From Acidimicrobiia bacterium (lineage in GTDB: Bacteria > Actinomycetota > Acidimicrobiia > Spongiisociales > ZC4RG35), in NCBI GenBank assembly GCA_050742015.1, contig JBOGEV010000118.1, forward strand, positions 3,962-67,961: a stretch of 64,000 nt of DNA, in the 5' to 3' direction. Below the pieces are notes generated by a model. The model was given only the letters and a program-made list of their open reading frames with translations. It was not told the origin of the DNA and searched no databases. How positions within the stretch are numbered: position 1 is the stretch's first letter; each line of letters starts with the position of its first letter. This document shows, piece by piece, positions 49,793-59,661 of the stretch. Made by a program: the position numbers and the translations under genes.

Positions 49793-50209
49793 ATGGACAT
49801 AGTCGACCGACACTTCGCCGCTGAGAACGCCCATGACGTCGCCGCCACCCTGGCCACCTACACCGACGACATCGTCTGGGACGACGTCACCCATCCACTG
49901 CGCCCGGTGCACGGGAAGGAGGCCGTGGGAGCCGTCTACACGGACATCATCGCCGCCATCCCCGATGTGCACTTCGAGTCGATCCGTCGTTTCTCCTCCG
50001 AAGACGGCAGTTGGGTGGTCGACGTGTCCGACGTCACCGGCCACGTCGAAGGCGAGTGGGCCGGTGCCGCGGGCGGCGGAGCGTTTGTCCAGCTCCAAAT
50101 CCTCCACCTGTTCCAGGTCCGCGACGGGCTGATCGCCTACGAGAACACATGGTTCGACTCCGCTGCCGTCCAGCGACAGGTCGAAGCCTGGAAGGCGAAG
50201 CAGGGCTGA
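49793..50209 (+). CDS. SnoaL-like / NTF2-fold protein (ester-cyclase-like)
   Basis: 138 aa. VDRHFAAENAHDVAATLATYTDDIVWDD pattern. Confidence 0.7.
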   Translation: MDIVDRHFAAENAHDVAATLATYTDDIVWDDVTHPLRPVHGKEAVGAVYTDIIAAIPDVHFESIRRFSSEDGSWVVDVSDVTGHVEGEWAGAAGGGAFVQLQILHLFQVRDGLIAYENTWFDSAAVQRQVEAWKAKQG

Positions 50210-50238
50210 CCGGCCGACCCATCCGTAGACTCGTTCGC

Positions 50239-51516
50239 GTGCGGACTCCACTCCGGAGCGCCACCCTGGCCCTGGTATCGATGCTGGTCGCCTTGGTCAT
50301 CGCCGCCTGCACCGCCGAAGCCGATCCGGGGCTGTCGTCGCTGCCACGTATCGGGACCCTCACCACCGCGGTCGAAGGCGATCCGGGCCTGGCCGCCCTT
50401 CCGGGGCGGCTCCTGGTCCTGGGCACCGACGGCGAGATCACGACGATGAGGGCTGACGGCACCGATCCGGTGACCCTGGCCGAGCCCGACCCGTCCACGG
50501 ATCGCACTCAACCGACGTGGTCGCCCGACGGGTCGCAAGTGGCCTGGACCGAGCAAACAGACGTCGGGGAGAGGTTCCTGGTGGTGGCGGCTGAGGATGG
50601 CCGGATGTCGACGTCGACTCCGGCGCCGTTGATGGCTGTCTACATCGCCTGGAACCCGGGTGGGTCGCTCATCGCCATGAGCGGGAATGACGAGGAGGGC
50701 AACCTGCTGCTTGCCACAGCCGAGCCGGGTCAATCGATCGCAGTGATCGACCAGGGCGCCCCTCTCTATTTCGACTGGGCCCGCGACGGATCCTCCCTGC
50801 TGGTACGCACCGCGGAGCGATTCGAGCATGTGCCAATCGACGGGTCGGAACGAACCCAGGTCCCTGCCAGCGGAACCTTTCGTATCGGGGTGCACATCGG
50901 GGACTCGCTGGTGCTGGCCACCGCGCGGGACGTCGGCGATGCGCTCGCCGTGGCCGATCGCGAAGGTGAGATCGTCCGAGAACTGATTCGATACGCCGGT
51001 CCGATCGCCTACGTGGCGGGGCCCGGCGACGACCGGCTGGCGACGATGACCAGAGGATCTCCGGAGAGCCAACGCCTGGCCCAGCTTGAAAAGTCCGACC
51101 TGCCAATCCTCGAGCCCAATCGCCTGGTCACGGTCGAGACCGCCACAGGTGACATCGAAGAAGTGGCGCAAGCTCGTGGCGTCGCCTGGTTCTGGAGCCC
51201 GGACGGGCGTCTGCTTCTCTACAGCACTCTCGAGTTCGTCGACGGCGTCGAACGTCTCCAGTGGCACACCTGGGACGGCGAGCGGTCGGTCTCATACCGG
51301 GCGTTCTCCCCGACCGGGATCTTCGGTCGGGACTACCTGGCCTTCTTCGACCAATTCGCCCGAAGCATGTCGTTGTGGGCCCCCGACGGCTCGGCGTTCG
51401 CCTACGCGGGCGGCTCCAGTCTCGACGACGCCGGCATCTGGGTGCAACCCGTCGCCGGCGGCGACCCGGTTCGGGTGTCGGCCGGTGAGATGGCCATGTG
51501 GTCCCCCACTCCCTGA
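50239..51516 (+). CDS. Lipoprotein with TolB-like (PD40) beta-propeller repeats
   Basis: GTG 50239; the signal peptide ends in the lipobox VIAAC. Repeated W(S/N/A)PDG motifs (TWSPDGSQVAW, FWSPDGRLLLY, LWAPDGSAFAY). Confidence 0.7.
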   Translation: MRTPLRSATLALVSMLVALVIAACTAEADPGLSSLPRIGTLTTAVEGDPGLAALPGRLLVLGTDGEITTMRADGTDPVTLAEPDPSTDRTQPTWSPDGSQVAWTEQTDVGERFLVVAAEDGRMSTSTPAPLMAVYIAWNPGGSLIAMSGNDEEGNLLLATAEPGQSIAVIDQGAPLYFDWARDGSSLLVRTAERFEHVPIDGSERTQVPASGTFRIGVHIGDSLVLATARDVGDALAVADREGEIVRELIRYAGPIAYVAGPGDDRLATMTRGSPESQRLAQLEKSDLPILEPNRLVTVETATGDIEEVAQARGVAWFWSPDGRLLLYSTLEFVDGVERLQWHTWDGERSVSYRAFSPTGIFGRDYLAFFDQFARSMSLWAPDGSAFAYAGGSSLDDAGIWVQPVAGGDPVRVSAGEMAMWSPTP

Positions 51517-51630
51517 GGCTCCAGATTCCCCCTCGCCGCCCGTGTCCTCCGCCAAGAACGAAGTGAGGTTGGGGGAGGAAGCCCAGGGCCGGGGGGTCCG
51601 GCGCTCCCCTCCCTGACTTAGACTCGGGTC

Positions 51631-52014
51631 ATGCCCCAACTCGACGCAATCGGCGTCATCGTCTCCGACATGGAGCGCGCCATCGACTTCTACCAGCGGG
51701 TCGGTCTCGAATTCGCCGACATCTCCGACGATGTGCATGCCGAGGCGACCGGGCCAGGCGGGATTCGGGTCATGCTCGACACTGAGGCCAGTGTCATGTC
51801 CTTCTCCGACTGGCACCCGCCGACCGGGGGCGAGCCGCGCACCGCCCTCGCCTTTCTCTGCGAGAGCCCGGCCGAGGTGGATCGCATGTTCGATGAGTTG
51901 GTTTCTGCCGGCGGCCGGGGTCACCTGCCCCCGTTCGACGCCCCGTGGCGACAGCGCTACGCCTCGGTTCACGACCACGACGGCAACGCCGTGGACCTCT
52001 TCGCGCCTCTCTAG
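51631..52014 (+). CDS. VOC/glyoxalase family protein
   Basis: 127 aa. IGVIVSDMERAIDFYQRVGL...VHDHDGNAVDLF. Confidence 0.8.
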   Translation: MPQLDAIGVIVSDMERAIDFYQRVGLEFADISDDVHAEATGPGGIRVMLDTEASVMSFSDWHPPTGGEPRTALAFLCESPAEVDRMFDELVSAGGRGHLPPFDAPWRQRYASVHDHDGNAVDLFAPL

Positions 52015-52033
52015 GCGCTGGCAGTATCCCGTC

Positions 52034-53536
52034 ATGAGCGACACGCTGAGCATCGTGGATCGGGCCCGGGAATGGGGAGATCGAGCCGCGGTGACAGACG
52101 AGAATGCGGTCTACACATACGACGACCTGTTGACGGAGTCGCAACGAGGGGCCGCCCACCTTCTAGCCGCGAGACCCGATCTCGAGGAGGCACGGGTTGC
52201 CTTCATGGTCGAGCCGTCGTTCGACTACGTCCGAATCCAATGGTCGGTGTGGCGGGCCGGCGGCGTGGCCGTCCCGTTGTGTCTCACCCATCCCGCCCCG
52301 GAGCTCGAGTACGTGCTCGACACCACGACCTCGGCGATGGTCATCGCTTCGCCCCGGTATGCCGACCTCCTTCGACCCCTGGCCGAGGCTCGTGGGATCG
52401 AGTTCTCGATGGTGGACGAGGTTGCGGCTGACGCGGTCGACCTGCCTGAAATCAGCCCCGAACGCAAGGCGATGATCCTGTTCACCAGCGGCACCACCGG
52501 GAGGCCAAAGGGCGTGGTGACCACCCATGGCAACATCGAAGCTCAGATCAGGTCCCTGGTCGAGGCATGGGAGTGGGAGCTCGACGACCGCATCCTGCTC
52601 ACCCTGCCCCTTCATCACATCCACGGCATCGTCAACATCATCGGCTGCGCCCTGTGGAGCGGGGGCCGCTGCGACATGCTCCCCGCATTCGACAGCTCGG
52701 CGGTCGTCGATCGATTGACGACGGGCGACCTCACCCTGTACATGGCCGTGCCCACCATCTACCACCGACTCATCGCCCACCTGGATGGGTTGGCCGCTGA
52801 GGAAAGGGACAGGTTCAGAGAGGGGACGGAGCGTCTCCGTCTCATGGTTTCCGGCTCAGCCGCTCTGCCTATCCCGGTCCTGGAACGGTGGCGTGAGCTC
52901 TCCGGCCACACCCTGCTCGAGCGGTACGGGATGACCGAGATCGGGATGGGTCTCTCCAATCCGTACCGGGGAGAGCGGATCCCGGGCTCGGTGGGGACTC
53001 CCCTTCCCGGTGTCGAGGTCCGTCTCGTCGACGACCACGGTGTGGAGGTCCGCGACGGAGAGCCCGGTGAGATCCAGGTCCAAGGTCCATCTGTGTTCCT
53101 CGAGTACTGGGAGCGACCGGAAGACACCGAGGCTGCCTTCACCGACGACGGCTGGTTCCGCACCGGAGACACCGCCGTGGTCGAAGCGGGTCGCTACCGG
53201 ATCCTGGGACGGTCCTCGGTGGACATCCTCAAGTCCGGGGGTGAGAAGATCTCGGCTCTCGAAGTCGAGGACGTGCTCCTGCGCCACAAGGCGATCAGCG
53301 AGGCGGCGGTGGTCGGCGTCGACGACCCGGAGTGGGGTCAACGGGTCGTGGCCGTGGTCGTATCCAGACAACCGGTCGACCCCGACGAATTGAGACAGTG
53401 GGCGAAGGGAATCCTCGCGCCGCACAAGGTGCCCAAGGAGTTCCATTTCGCGGATTCGCTACCCCGCAACCCGCTCGGCAAGACCCTCAAGCCCGAGGTG
53501 GTGCGGTGGGTCACCGAGCAGGAAGCAATCGGATAG
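52034..53536 (+). CDS. AMP-forming acyl-CoA synthetase (MatB/long-chain-type)
   Basis: ATG 52034; 500 aa. ILFTSGTTGRPKGV, YGMTE, FRTGD and GEKIS motifs. Confidence 0.9.
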   Translation: MSDTLSIVDRAREWGDRAAVTDENAVYTYDDLLTESQRGAAHLLAARPDLEEARVAFMVEPSFDYVRIQWSVWRAGGVAVPLCLTHPAPELEYVLDTTTSAMVIASPRYADLLRPLAEARGIEFSMVDEVAADAVDLPEISPERKAMILFTSGTTGRPKGVVTTHGNIEAQIRSLVEAWEWELDDRILLTLPLHHIHGIVNIIGCALWSGGRCDMLPAFDSSAVVDRLTTGDLTLYMAVPTIYHRLIAHLDGLAAEERDRFREGTERLRLMVSGSAALPIPVLERWRELSGHTLLERYGMTEIGMGLSNPYRGERIPGSVGTPLPGVEVRLVDDHGVEVRDGEPGEIQVQGPSVFLEYWERPEDTEAAFTDDGWFRTGDTAVVEAGRYRILGRSSVDILKSGGEKISALEVEDVLLRHKAISEAAVVGVDDPEWGQRVVAVVVSRQPVDPDELRQWAKGILAPHKVPKEFHFADSLPRNPLGKTLKPEVVRWVTEQEAIG

Positions 53537-53635
53537 ACGGCGAAGCCCCGCAACACCGAGTAGCGACTCAGCTCGCCGTCACAGCGAGGGCAGCCGATGT
53601 CGAGCACGGTGGAAGGCTATCCCGACGCCGCATGA

Positions 53636-54529
53636 TCAGGCCCGGCGCGCAGACTCCACCACATAGCCCATGTCCTGAGACCCGAAACCCTGCTCGATCA
53701 GAGCGTCCGTCAACTCCAAAGTCCTCTCCAGCTGCCCGGTGGGTGCGCCGGTCCCTCGAGCCTGTTCCAGCGCAAGCACCATGTCCTTGCGGGCCAGGTC
53801 GAGGGTGAATGAGATGGGAGCGGTGTCCGGGTGGAGATACTGCTCCCGCCGGTAGGAAAGCATCGGCGCCCCGGCAGCCCCCTTGGCCAGGATGTCGAGC
53901 GTGGTCGCCGGCTCCACTCCCGACTTCTCGGCGAGAGCGACGGCCTCGGCGACTGCCTGGTTCAAACCGTAGAGCACTGAGTTCACGGCCAGCTTTAGAA
54001 CCGTGGCCGATCCGGTGGGCCCGACGTGGACCGGGTTGCCCGCACCCTCGAGCAGCGGTGCCACCCGTTCGTAGGTCTCAGGGGACCCGCCGACCATGAT
54101 GAGCAGAGAGGCCGACTCGGCGGCGGCGGTCGCTCCCGATACCGGGGCGTCGACCATCATCCCGCCGTTTGCCTCGACCATTTCTCGAACCCGTTGGAAG
54201 CTTTCCGGGCCCGATGTGCCCATGTCGATGGCGACGGTCTGTCCACCCAGGGAACCAGCGACTTCCTCATAGACGGCTTCCAGTGCGGCCCCGTCGGCCA
54301 ACATGGTGACAATCGCATCGCTCCACTCGGCCAACTCGACAAGGTCGCCCGCGACCGTTCCTCCGTTCGCGTCGACCCAATCTTCGGCGACCGATCCGGT
54401 TCGATTCCAAACCATGATTTCGTTGCCTTTGGCGAGGTTCGCGGCGATGCGCGACCCCATTCGACCCAACCCGACAAACCCGACTCGCTGACTGGTAGAT
54501 GTGCTCACGCCCTCAGTATCGGGCTTCAT
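53636..54529 (-). CDS. 3-hydroxyisobutyrate dehydrogenase-family NAD(P)-dependent oxidoreductase
   Basis: ATG 54529 (GTG 54508 is an alternative). VGFVGLGRMGSRIAANL Rossmann motif and a GTGAPTGQ-type C-terminal domain. Confidence 0.85.
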   Translation of the reverse strand: MKPDTEGVSTSTSQRVGFVGLGRMGSRIAANLAKGNEIMVWNRTGSVAEDWVDANGGTVAGDLVELAEWSDAIVTMLADGAALEAVYEEVAGSLGGQTVAIDMGTSGPESFQRVREMVEANGGMMVDAPVSGATAAAESASLLIMVGGSPETYERVAPLLEGAGNPVHVGPTGSATVLKLAVNSVLYGLNQAVAEAVALAEKSGVEPATTLDILAKGAAGAPMLSYRREQYLHPDTAPISFTLDLARKDMVLALEQARGTGAPTGQLERTLELTDALIEQGFGSQDMGYVVESARRA

Positions 54530-54567
54530 GGCACCGGCTGTCACACCGAACCACCCGGCCTCCCCGT

Positions 54568-55812
54568 TCAAATGGTCAACGCGACGCGGCGATGGAGGAT
54601 CACGACCGCTGCCGGCACCGCGAGCAGAAAGAGGCCGATCAGGGCGATGGTCCGGTAGTCGGTTGCCTGATAGGCCACACCCGACGAGATGCTTGCCAAC
54701 CCACCCGAGATCCAGGCCAGCGAGTCGACCCTGCCCTGGAGACGGCTCCGGATCGCATCCGCCACCCCGACCGTCAGCAATGAGCTCCCCGCCACGAAGG
54801 ACATGTTCCAACCGACGCCGAGCAAGAACAACACCAGGACCAACAGCGTTGTGGAGCTGTTGGGACCGTAGGCCGCCCCGAGAGCGGCCAGAGCCAGCAG
54901 CACCATGCCGCCGGTGACCACCCGGTAGCCACCGAACCTGTCGGCGAGACGCCCGGTGAGCGGGGACAAGGCGAACATGCCCAGGGTGTGGGCGCTCATC
55001 ACCAGGCCGACGATCCCCAGGTCCGAACCGTGATGATGGATGTGAAGCGGGGTCGAGGTCATGATCATCACCATCACCACCTGCCCCGCGATCATCGCGC
55101 TCAGCGCCACCCGCACCTGAGGCAGCCGGAATGCGGTGCCGATGCCACCGGACCCTTCGCTGCGGTCGTGAGATCCGATCGCCAGACTCGCCGGATCGGG
55201 ACGGAGCGCGATCAAATAGAGGACCAATGCCGCGGTCATGAAGACGCCGCTGACCAGGAAGCCTCCGAGCAGCTCCGACCTGCCGAGGTCGAGCGCGATC
55301 CGGCCTGACGGTTGAAGCAATGCCGGGCCTAGCACCGACCCGATCGTGCCGCCCCAGACCACCATGCCCAGCGCGGAGCCGCGCCGATCGGACGGATAGA
55401 GGTCCGCTGCCGTGTAGCGGGCGAGGTGACTCGAAGCGTTGCCGAGCCCGAGGAGCGCCATGCCCACGAGGAGGAGAGGGAGGGAGCGGGTGAACAGCGA
55501 GACCCCACCGACGACCGATCCCAAAGCAGCCGCGGTGTAGCCGGCCATGAGCCCGGGCCGCCGGCCACGCCTGGCCACGCCCAACGTCAGCAGTGTGGTC
55601 CCGGCCGCCGTCCCACCTGTAGCGACCGCGGCGGGGACACCGGCGAACGTGGCCGATCCGATGATCTCGTCGACCGCCAGGGTCGAGATCGTCACCGCCG
55701 CGATGTACGCAGTGGACCCGAGCGCGACGCCACTGAACAACACCATGGTGAGCCGTCGCCGAGCAGAAGGAGGGCCGATTTCCTCGGTGGCGGCATTGAC
55801 GTCAGGATGCAT
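54568..55812 (-). CDS. MFS transporter (12 TM)
   Basis: 414 aa, hydrophobic throughout. Motif-A-like GRLADRFGGYR loop. Confidence 0.85.
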   Translation of the reverse strand: MHPDVNAATEEIGPPSARRRLTMVLFSGVALGSTAYIAAVTISTLAVDEIIGSATFAGVPAAVATGGTAAGTTLLTLGVARRGRRPGLMAGYTAAALGSVVGGVSLFTRSLPLLLVGMALLGLGNASSHLARYTAADLYPSDRRGSALGMVVWGGTIGSVLGPALLQPSGRIALDLGRSELLGGFLVSGVFMTAALVLYLIALRPDPASLAIGSHDRSEGSGGIGTAFRLPQVRVALSAMIAGQVVMVMIMTSTPLHIHHHGSDLGIVGLVMSAHTLGMFALSPLTGRLADRFGGYRVVTGGMVLLALAALGAAYGPNSSTTLLVLVLFLLGVGWNMSFVAGSSLLTVGVADAIRSRLQGRVDSLAWISGGLASISSGVAYQATDYRTIALIGLFLLAVPAAVVILHRRVALTI

Positions 55813-55884
55813 TCCTGCAGTATCGCGGGGACAGGACTTTGTGAGCCTGCACTGTCGGCCGGGTGATCCCTCCGACGTGACCGG

Positions 55885-57285
55885 TCAGGACTCGCAGCCC
55901 AGACCGTCGTTGTCGTTGCCGTCGAATCCGTGCGGATCGGGGGGCAGCACCTGGAACCGCCGATGAGAGATCTCACCACAATCGAGATCGGGAGGGGCGG
56001 GCGGGATGCAGACGTCGGGATAGCTGGGGTCACAGTCGGTCGGCCCCACGATGGGATTGATCGGGGCCAACGTCGTGACCGGGGACTGGGTGGTGGTCGT
56101 CACCCCGTCGTAGTCGTAGGTCGTGTGCGTGTTGCCGTTGGGGTCGAGAAGGAACGCGGTATCGCCGTCGTTGTTCCAGACAGCAGCGCCGATGCTGCAC
56201 CAGAAGAGGTCAGTGCCGAAGTCGTCTCCACAGCCAGTGCGAATCGTCACCGACTCACCGGGGGCGAGGATGAACGCAGTCGGGAACGAGTAGCGATTGC
56301 CGGCCGACTCGTCCTTGATCCCCCATCCGCTGAGGTCGACCACGTTGTCTCCGTCGTTGCGGATCTGGATCCACTCCTCATTCAGGTTGTCGTTGTCGTT
56401 CCCCGCCGCGTCGAACTCCAGCGCGATGATGGACACCACGGCATCGGCCCGAGGCCCACAGGCTTCGGCTGCCCACAGCCCGAGCCCGGCATCCTTGGCC
56501 TCGGATTGGGCCACCTCGAAACGGTCGGCCATGGCCGTGTCCGGCGGGTAGCGCCGGGCGATGGCCGCTCCCCGACGGACCGACTCCTCGTTGACCGACA
56601 ACCCGCCGACCCATAGGTAGCGGAGCAGCCGGTCGAACTGGTCGAGATCGGATACGTCGCTGGTCACTCCGACTCTCGAGCCGACCGGAGCCAACGCGGC
56701 CAGTGTCAGCGCGGCCTCATCCGAGAAGCATTCGTTCGATTCCGGGGTGTTGATCCCTATCAGCCTGACTTCGGCCACCGATCCGTCGGCGAATGCGACA
56801 TCGAGAGTATCGCCGTCGGTGATCGACCTCACGGTCACCAATTCCGCCCCGGTCGGAACCGCTCCACCCGGATCTCCGGACGGTCCGGCCGCAGGGGCCG
56901 CCAGCAGGACCTCAGCTTGCGGGAAGGGCGGTTCGGCCACCACGGTGGTTGGTGCGGGCGGGGTGGTGGTCGATGGGATCGAAGTCGACGTGGTTGCGAG
57001 CCCGGTCGAGGTCGAGGTGGCGATCGCTCCGGTCGTCGTCGGGCTCGAGGACAGGGTCGTGTCGGGCCCGGCCAGAGTCCCGGGCTCGGCGGACTCCCCC
57101 GACCCCGGGAGGGCCACGACGACGACCAGGATTGCCGCCGGGACCCACGCGGGAGACACTGGGCGGGCCGGTCTGGGTAGGAGACTGCCCGGCGTATTCT
57201 TGTGCTCAAGCCATGCACCGCGGCGTTCGCGCCACTCGCCCCATGAAGCGGAAGACCAGAACCTGACCCATGAGGGAGCCCTCAT
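55885..57285 (-). CDS. Secreted thermonuclease (SNase) + lamin-tail domain + excalibur-like Ca-binding tail
   Basis: 466 aa. DGDTLDV...VRLIGINTPE...RLLRYLW (SNase). NEEWIQIRNDG..VDLSGW (LTD). C-terminal DGNDNDGLGCE. Confidence 0.8.
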   Translation of the reverse strand: MRAPSWVRFWSSASWGEWRERRGAWLEHKNTPGSLLPRPARPVSPAWVPAAILVVVVALPGSGESAEPGTLAGPDTTLSSSPTTTGAIATSTSTGLATTSTSIPSTTTPPAPTTVVAEPPFPQAEVLLAAPAAGPSGDPGGAVPTGAELVTVRSITDGDTLDVAFADGSVAEVRLIGINTPESNECFSDEAALTLAALAPVGSRVGVTSDVSDLDQFDRLLRYLWVGGLSVNEESVRRGAAIARRYPPDTAMADRFEVAQSEAKDAGLGLWAAEACGPRADAVVSIIALEFDAAGNDNDNLNEEWIQIRNDGDNVVDLSGWGIKDESAGNRYSFPTAFILAPGESVTIRTGCGDDFGTDLFWCSIGAAVWNNDGDTAFLLDPNGNTHTTYDYDGVTTTTQSPVTTLAPINPIVGPTDCDPSYPDVCIPPAPPDLDCGEISHRRFQVLPPDPHGFDGNDNDGLGCES

Positions 57286-57295
57286 GTGCTTGCCC

Positions 57296-57640
57296 TCAGT
57301 CGGTGGCCGGTGTTGTTTGCTCCCACCTCATGATCATCGGGTGTCGGGCCCCGTCACCTTGAATTCGACGATGTGATGGAGTCCGCCGGACCCAGAATCC
57401 GCCCTCTTCCGTCAGGGGGTAATCGATCTCGTACCCGCGTCGCTTCGCCTCCGCGTACGCCTCGTCAACGCCGATGCCGAGGTGGACCGAGATAGCCGGG
57501 TCATGAGGCGCACGTCGTACCATTTGCCGCGCAGCACATCGGTGACCGCAACGATACCGCTCGGAACCAGGATTCCTCTCGTCGGGTGAGGCGTTCGTCT
57601 CACGCGCCGGGTGCAGGCTGCCGGGACTTGCCAAGGAAGA
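57296..57640 (-). pseudogene. Possible degraded VOC/glyoxalase-family gene
   Basis: One frame gives a C-terminal half-domain (ISVHLGIGVDEAYAEAKRRGYEIDYPLTEE...). A second frame upstream gives an N-terminal-like IVAVTDVLRGKWYDV. No single frame covers a full domain. Confidence 0.3.
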
Positions 57641-57644
57641 GGCT

Positions 57645-58220
57645 TCAGCCCAGGGGTGCTGTAGCGAAGGGCACCGCGAACCGTAGGCACCAGATCAGCA
57701 CCGCCCGGTGGATCGCCGGGTCGAACTCCGGGGGCAATTTGTAGTTCTGACCGCCCACTGTCCCCTTCAGCGTGCCGAGATCGATGTATTCGGCCGGGTT
57801 GCCACCTTCATACGAGCCGGCAGGGAGCAGCCACACGTAGAGGTCAGGCCCGTTCTGGATGTCCGTGTCGTCCTCGAACCTGAGCACGTACGCGCCGTCC
57901 TGTTCGTAAATCGACGCCGTACCATCAGCCGAGTGGTCGATCCCGGTCCACCGGCCCGTGGCGACCTGGACCGGCCCGGCGGTGATTGTGGTCGTGGACG
58001 CGGTCGCGACCTCGGTGGTGGTTGTCGAGGACGGGTCCGCGTTCCTGGTGGTCGTTGCCTGCCCGACGGTCGCCTCGGTGGTAGTCGTCTCATCGAACGC
58101 CTCCTCCAGTTCCTCATCGGACTCCACCTTCGTGAACAACGTGTCTGGGCGAAAGAGAAGAAGACCAACCACCGCCACAACAGCGGCGGCACTGATAGCC
58201 AGCCATCGGCGCCGACTCAT
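57645..58220 (-). CDS. DM13 domain protein with N-terminal anchor and Thr-rich linker
   Basis: 191 aa. G.W.GIDHSADGTASIYEQDGAYVLRFE...GPDLYVWL pattern of DM13. ATGA overlap with the fasciclin gene. Confidence 0.7.
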   Translation of the reverse strand: MSRRRWLAISAAAVVAVVGLLLFRPDTLFTKVESDEELEEAFDETTTTEATVGQATTTRNADPSSTTTTEVATASTTTITAGPVQVATGRWTGIDHSADGTASIYEQDGAYVLRFEDDTDIQNGPDLYVWLLPAGSYEGGNPAEYIDLGTLKGTVGGQNYKLPPEFDPAIHRAVLIWCLRFAVPFATAPLG

Positions 58221-58774
58221 CCAGCCTCGGGCGGAGTGAGGACCATGTCGATGACATGGATGACGCCGTTCGAGGCCGCTATGTCGTAGCGGAGAATGGT
58301 CGCATCCCCGACCTTGACGGTGTCTCCGTCGACGGTGACCTCCAGCGGCGCCCCGTTGAGGGTGGTGAAGGTCTGACCGTCCATCCCCATGACCATATCG
58401 GCATCCTCCATCGTCGCGACCGCGTGAAAGCCGAGGATCGACTGGAGCATCTCGGCTCCGGCGAATGCTTCTTCCTGGGTCATGCCGGCCTCGTCGAGAT
58501 AGGCAGCGAACGCGTCGTCGGTGGGCACGAACAGCGTGAAGGGTCCCTCGCCGTGGAAGTCCTCCATGATCCCCGCCGCTTCAAGGGCGGCGAGGAATGT
58601 TCCCAGATCACCTTCGTTGGCAGCGACGGCGAGCACGTCGTCGTCCATCATCTCGGTGGTCGCGGTGTCATCCATCATCTCGGTGGTGTCGGTTCCACCC
58701 TCCTCGCCTCCACCGCAAGCGGCGACCAACAGACCGACCAGGGCTAGCAACAAAACAAGACGTCGGGCTTTCAT
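58217..58774 (-). CDS. Fasciclin (FAS1) domain lipoprotein
   Basis: ATG 58774; 185 aa. Lipobox LVAAC. FTLFVPTDDAF...NGVIHVID FAS1 H1/H2 motifs. Confidence 0.85.
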   Translation of the reverse strand: MKARRLVLLLALVGLLVAACGGGEEGGTDTTEMMDDTATTEMMDDDVLAVAANEGDLGTFLAALEAAGIMEDFHGEGPFTLFVPTDDAFAAYLDEAGMTQEEAFAGAEMLQSILGFHAVATMEDADMVMGMDGQTFTTLNGAPLEVTVDGDTVKVGDATILRYDIAASNGVIHVIDMVLTPPEAG

Positions 58775-58959
58775 CAGAGGGCTCCTTTGTATGCGACCTG
58801 GCCAACGTAGGGCTCGATCTCGGGCCAGTGGCCCCGTTTCATCGTCTGTTAAGCCTTTGTTGCTCGGAAAGAAAGCGTTGACCCCAAGAAGTGAAACTTT
58901 CGGAAACGGGCAGGAGGGCGAGAACGCTTTAGGGATGCCGGGCCGTAGCATTTCGGGCC

Positions 58960-59661
58960 GTGGCACCCCGCACCACCCCCGCCGGCCAGCGCATCCTCCT
59001 CGTCGACGACGAGCCGCGGATATGCGAGGTGGTGGCCAACTACCTCCGCCGCGATGGGTACGAGGTCGCGACTGCCGTCGACGGTGAAACCGCACGCAGC
59101 GGTCTACTCGAGTTCAAACCCGACCTGGTCGTCCTCGACCTGATGCTGCCCGCCGTCTCCGGCTTCGAGTTGCTCACCGAGATACGCCGGGATGGCGACC
59201 TACCCGTCATCCTGCTCACCGCCCGAGCCGAGGAGTCGGATCGAGTTGCCGGCCTCGAGCTCGGCGCCGACGACTACGTGGTGAAGCCGTTCTCCCCTCG
59301 CGAGCTCGTGGCCCGGGTTCGCACCGTTCTCCGCAGGGTCCACCCCAAGCCCGGGGACGGTCCGGTCGAATTCGACGGAATCATCGTCGACTCCGCTCGC
59401 CGAGCCGTATCCGTTGACGGAGAGTCGGTGGAATTGACGGCGAAGGAGTTCGATCTCCTCTCCTTTCTCGTAGCCCACCCGCTCCAGGTGTTCAGCCGTG
59501 GCGAGTTGTTGAAGAGCGTCTGGGGATCGTCGGCCGAGTGGCAGGACCCGGCCACGGTCACGGTCCATGTCCGACGCATCCGCCAGAAGATCGAACCAGA
59601 CCCTCAGACCCCTCGCTGGGTACAGACCGTCTGGGGGGTCGGATACAGGCTCGGCGCATGA
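58960..59661 (+). CDS. OmpR/PhoB-family response regulator
   Basis: 233 aa. ILLVDDE...DLVVLDLMLP receiver domain and a C-terminal winged helix (VWGVGYRL). Confidence 0.9.
   Translation: MAPRTTPAGQRILLVDDEPRICEVVANYLRRDGYEVATAVDGETARSGLLEFKPDLVVLDLMLPAVSGFELLTEIRRDGDLPVILLTARAEESDRVAGLELGADDYVVKPFSPRELVARVRTVLRRVHPKPGDGPVEFDGIIVDSARRAVSVDGESVELTAKEFDLLSFLVAHPLQVFSRGELLKSVWGSSAEWQDPATVTVHVRRIRQKIEPDPQTPRWVQTVWGVGYRLGA

Noticed and set aside
58866-58907. GAAAC direct repeats (58893-97 and 58903-07) upstream of the response-regulator gene as possible OmpR-type binding sites
   Set aside because: Only two 5-nt repeats at 10-bp spacing, which is easily produced by chance. There is no supporting -35/-10 context.
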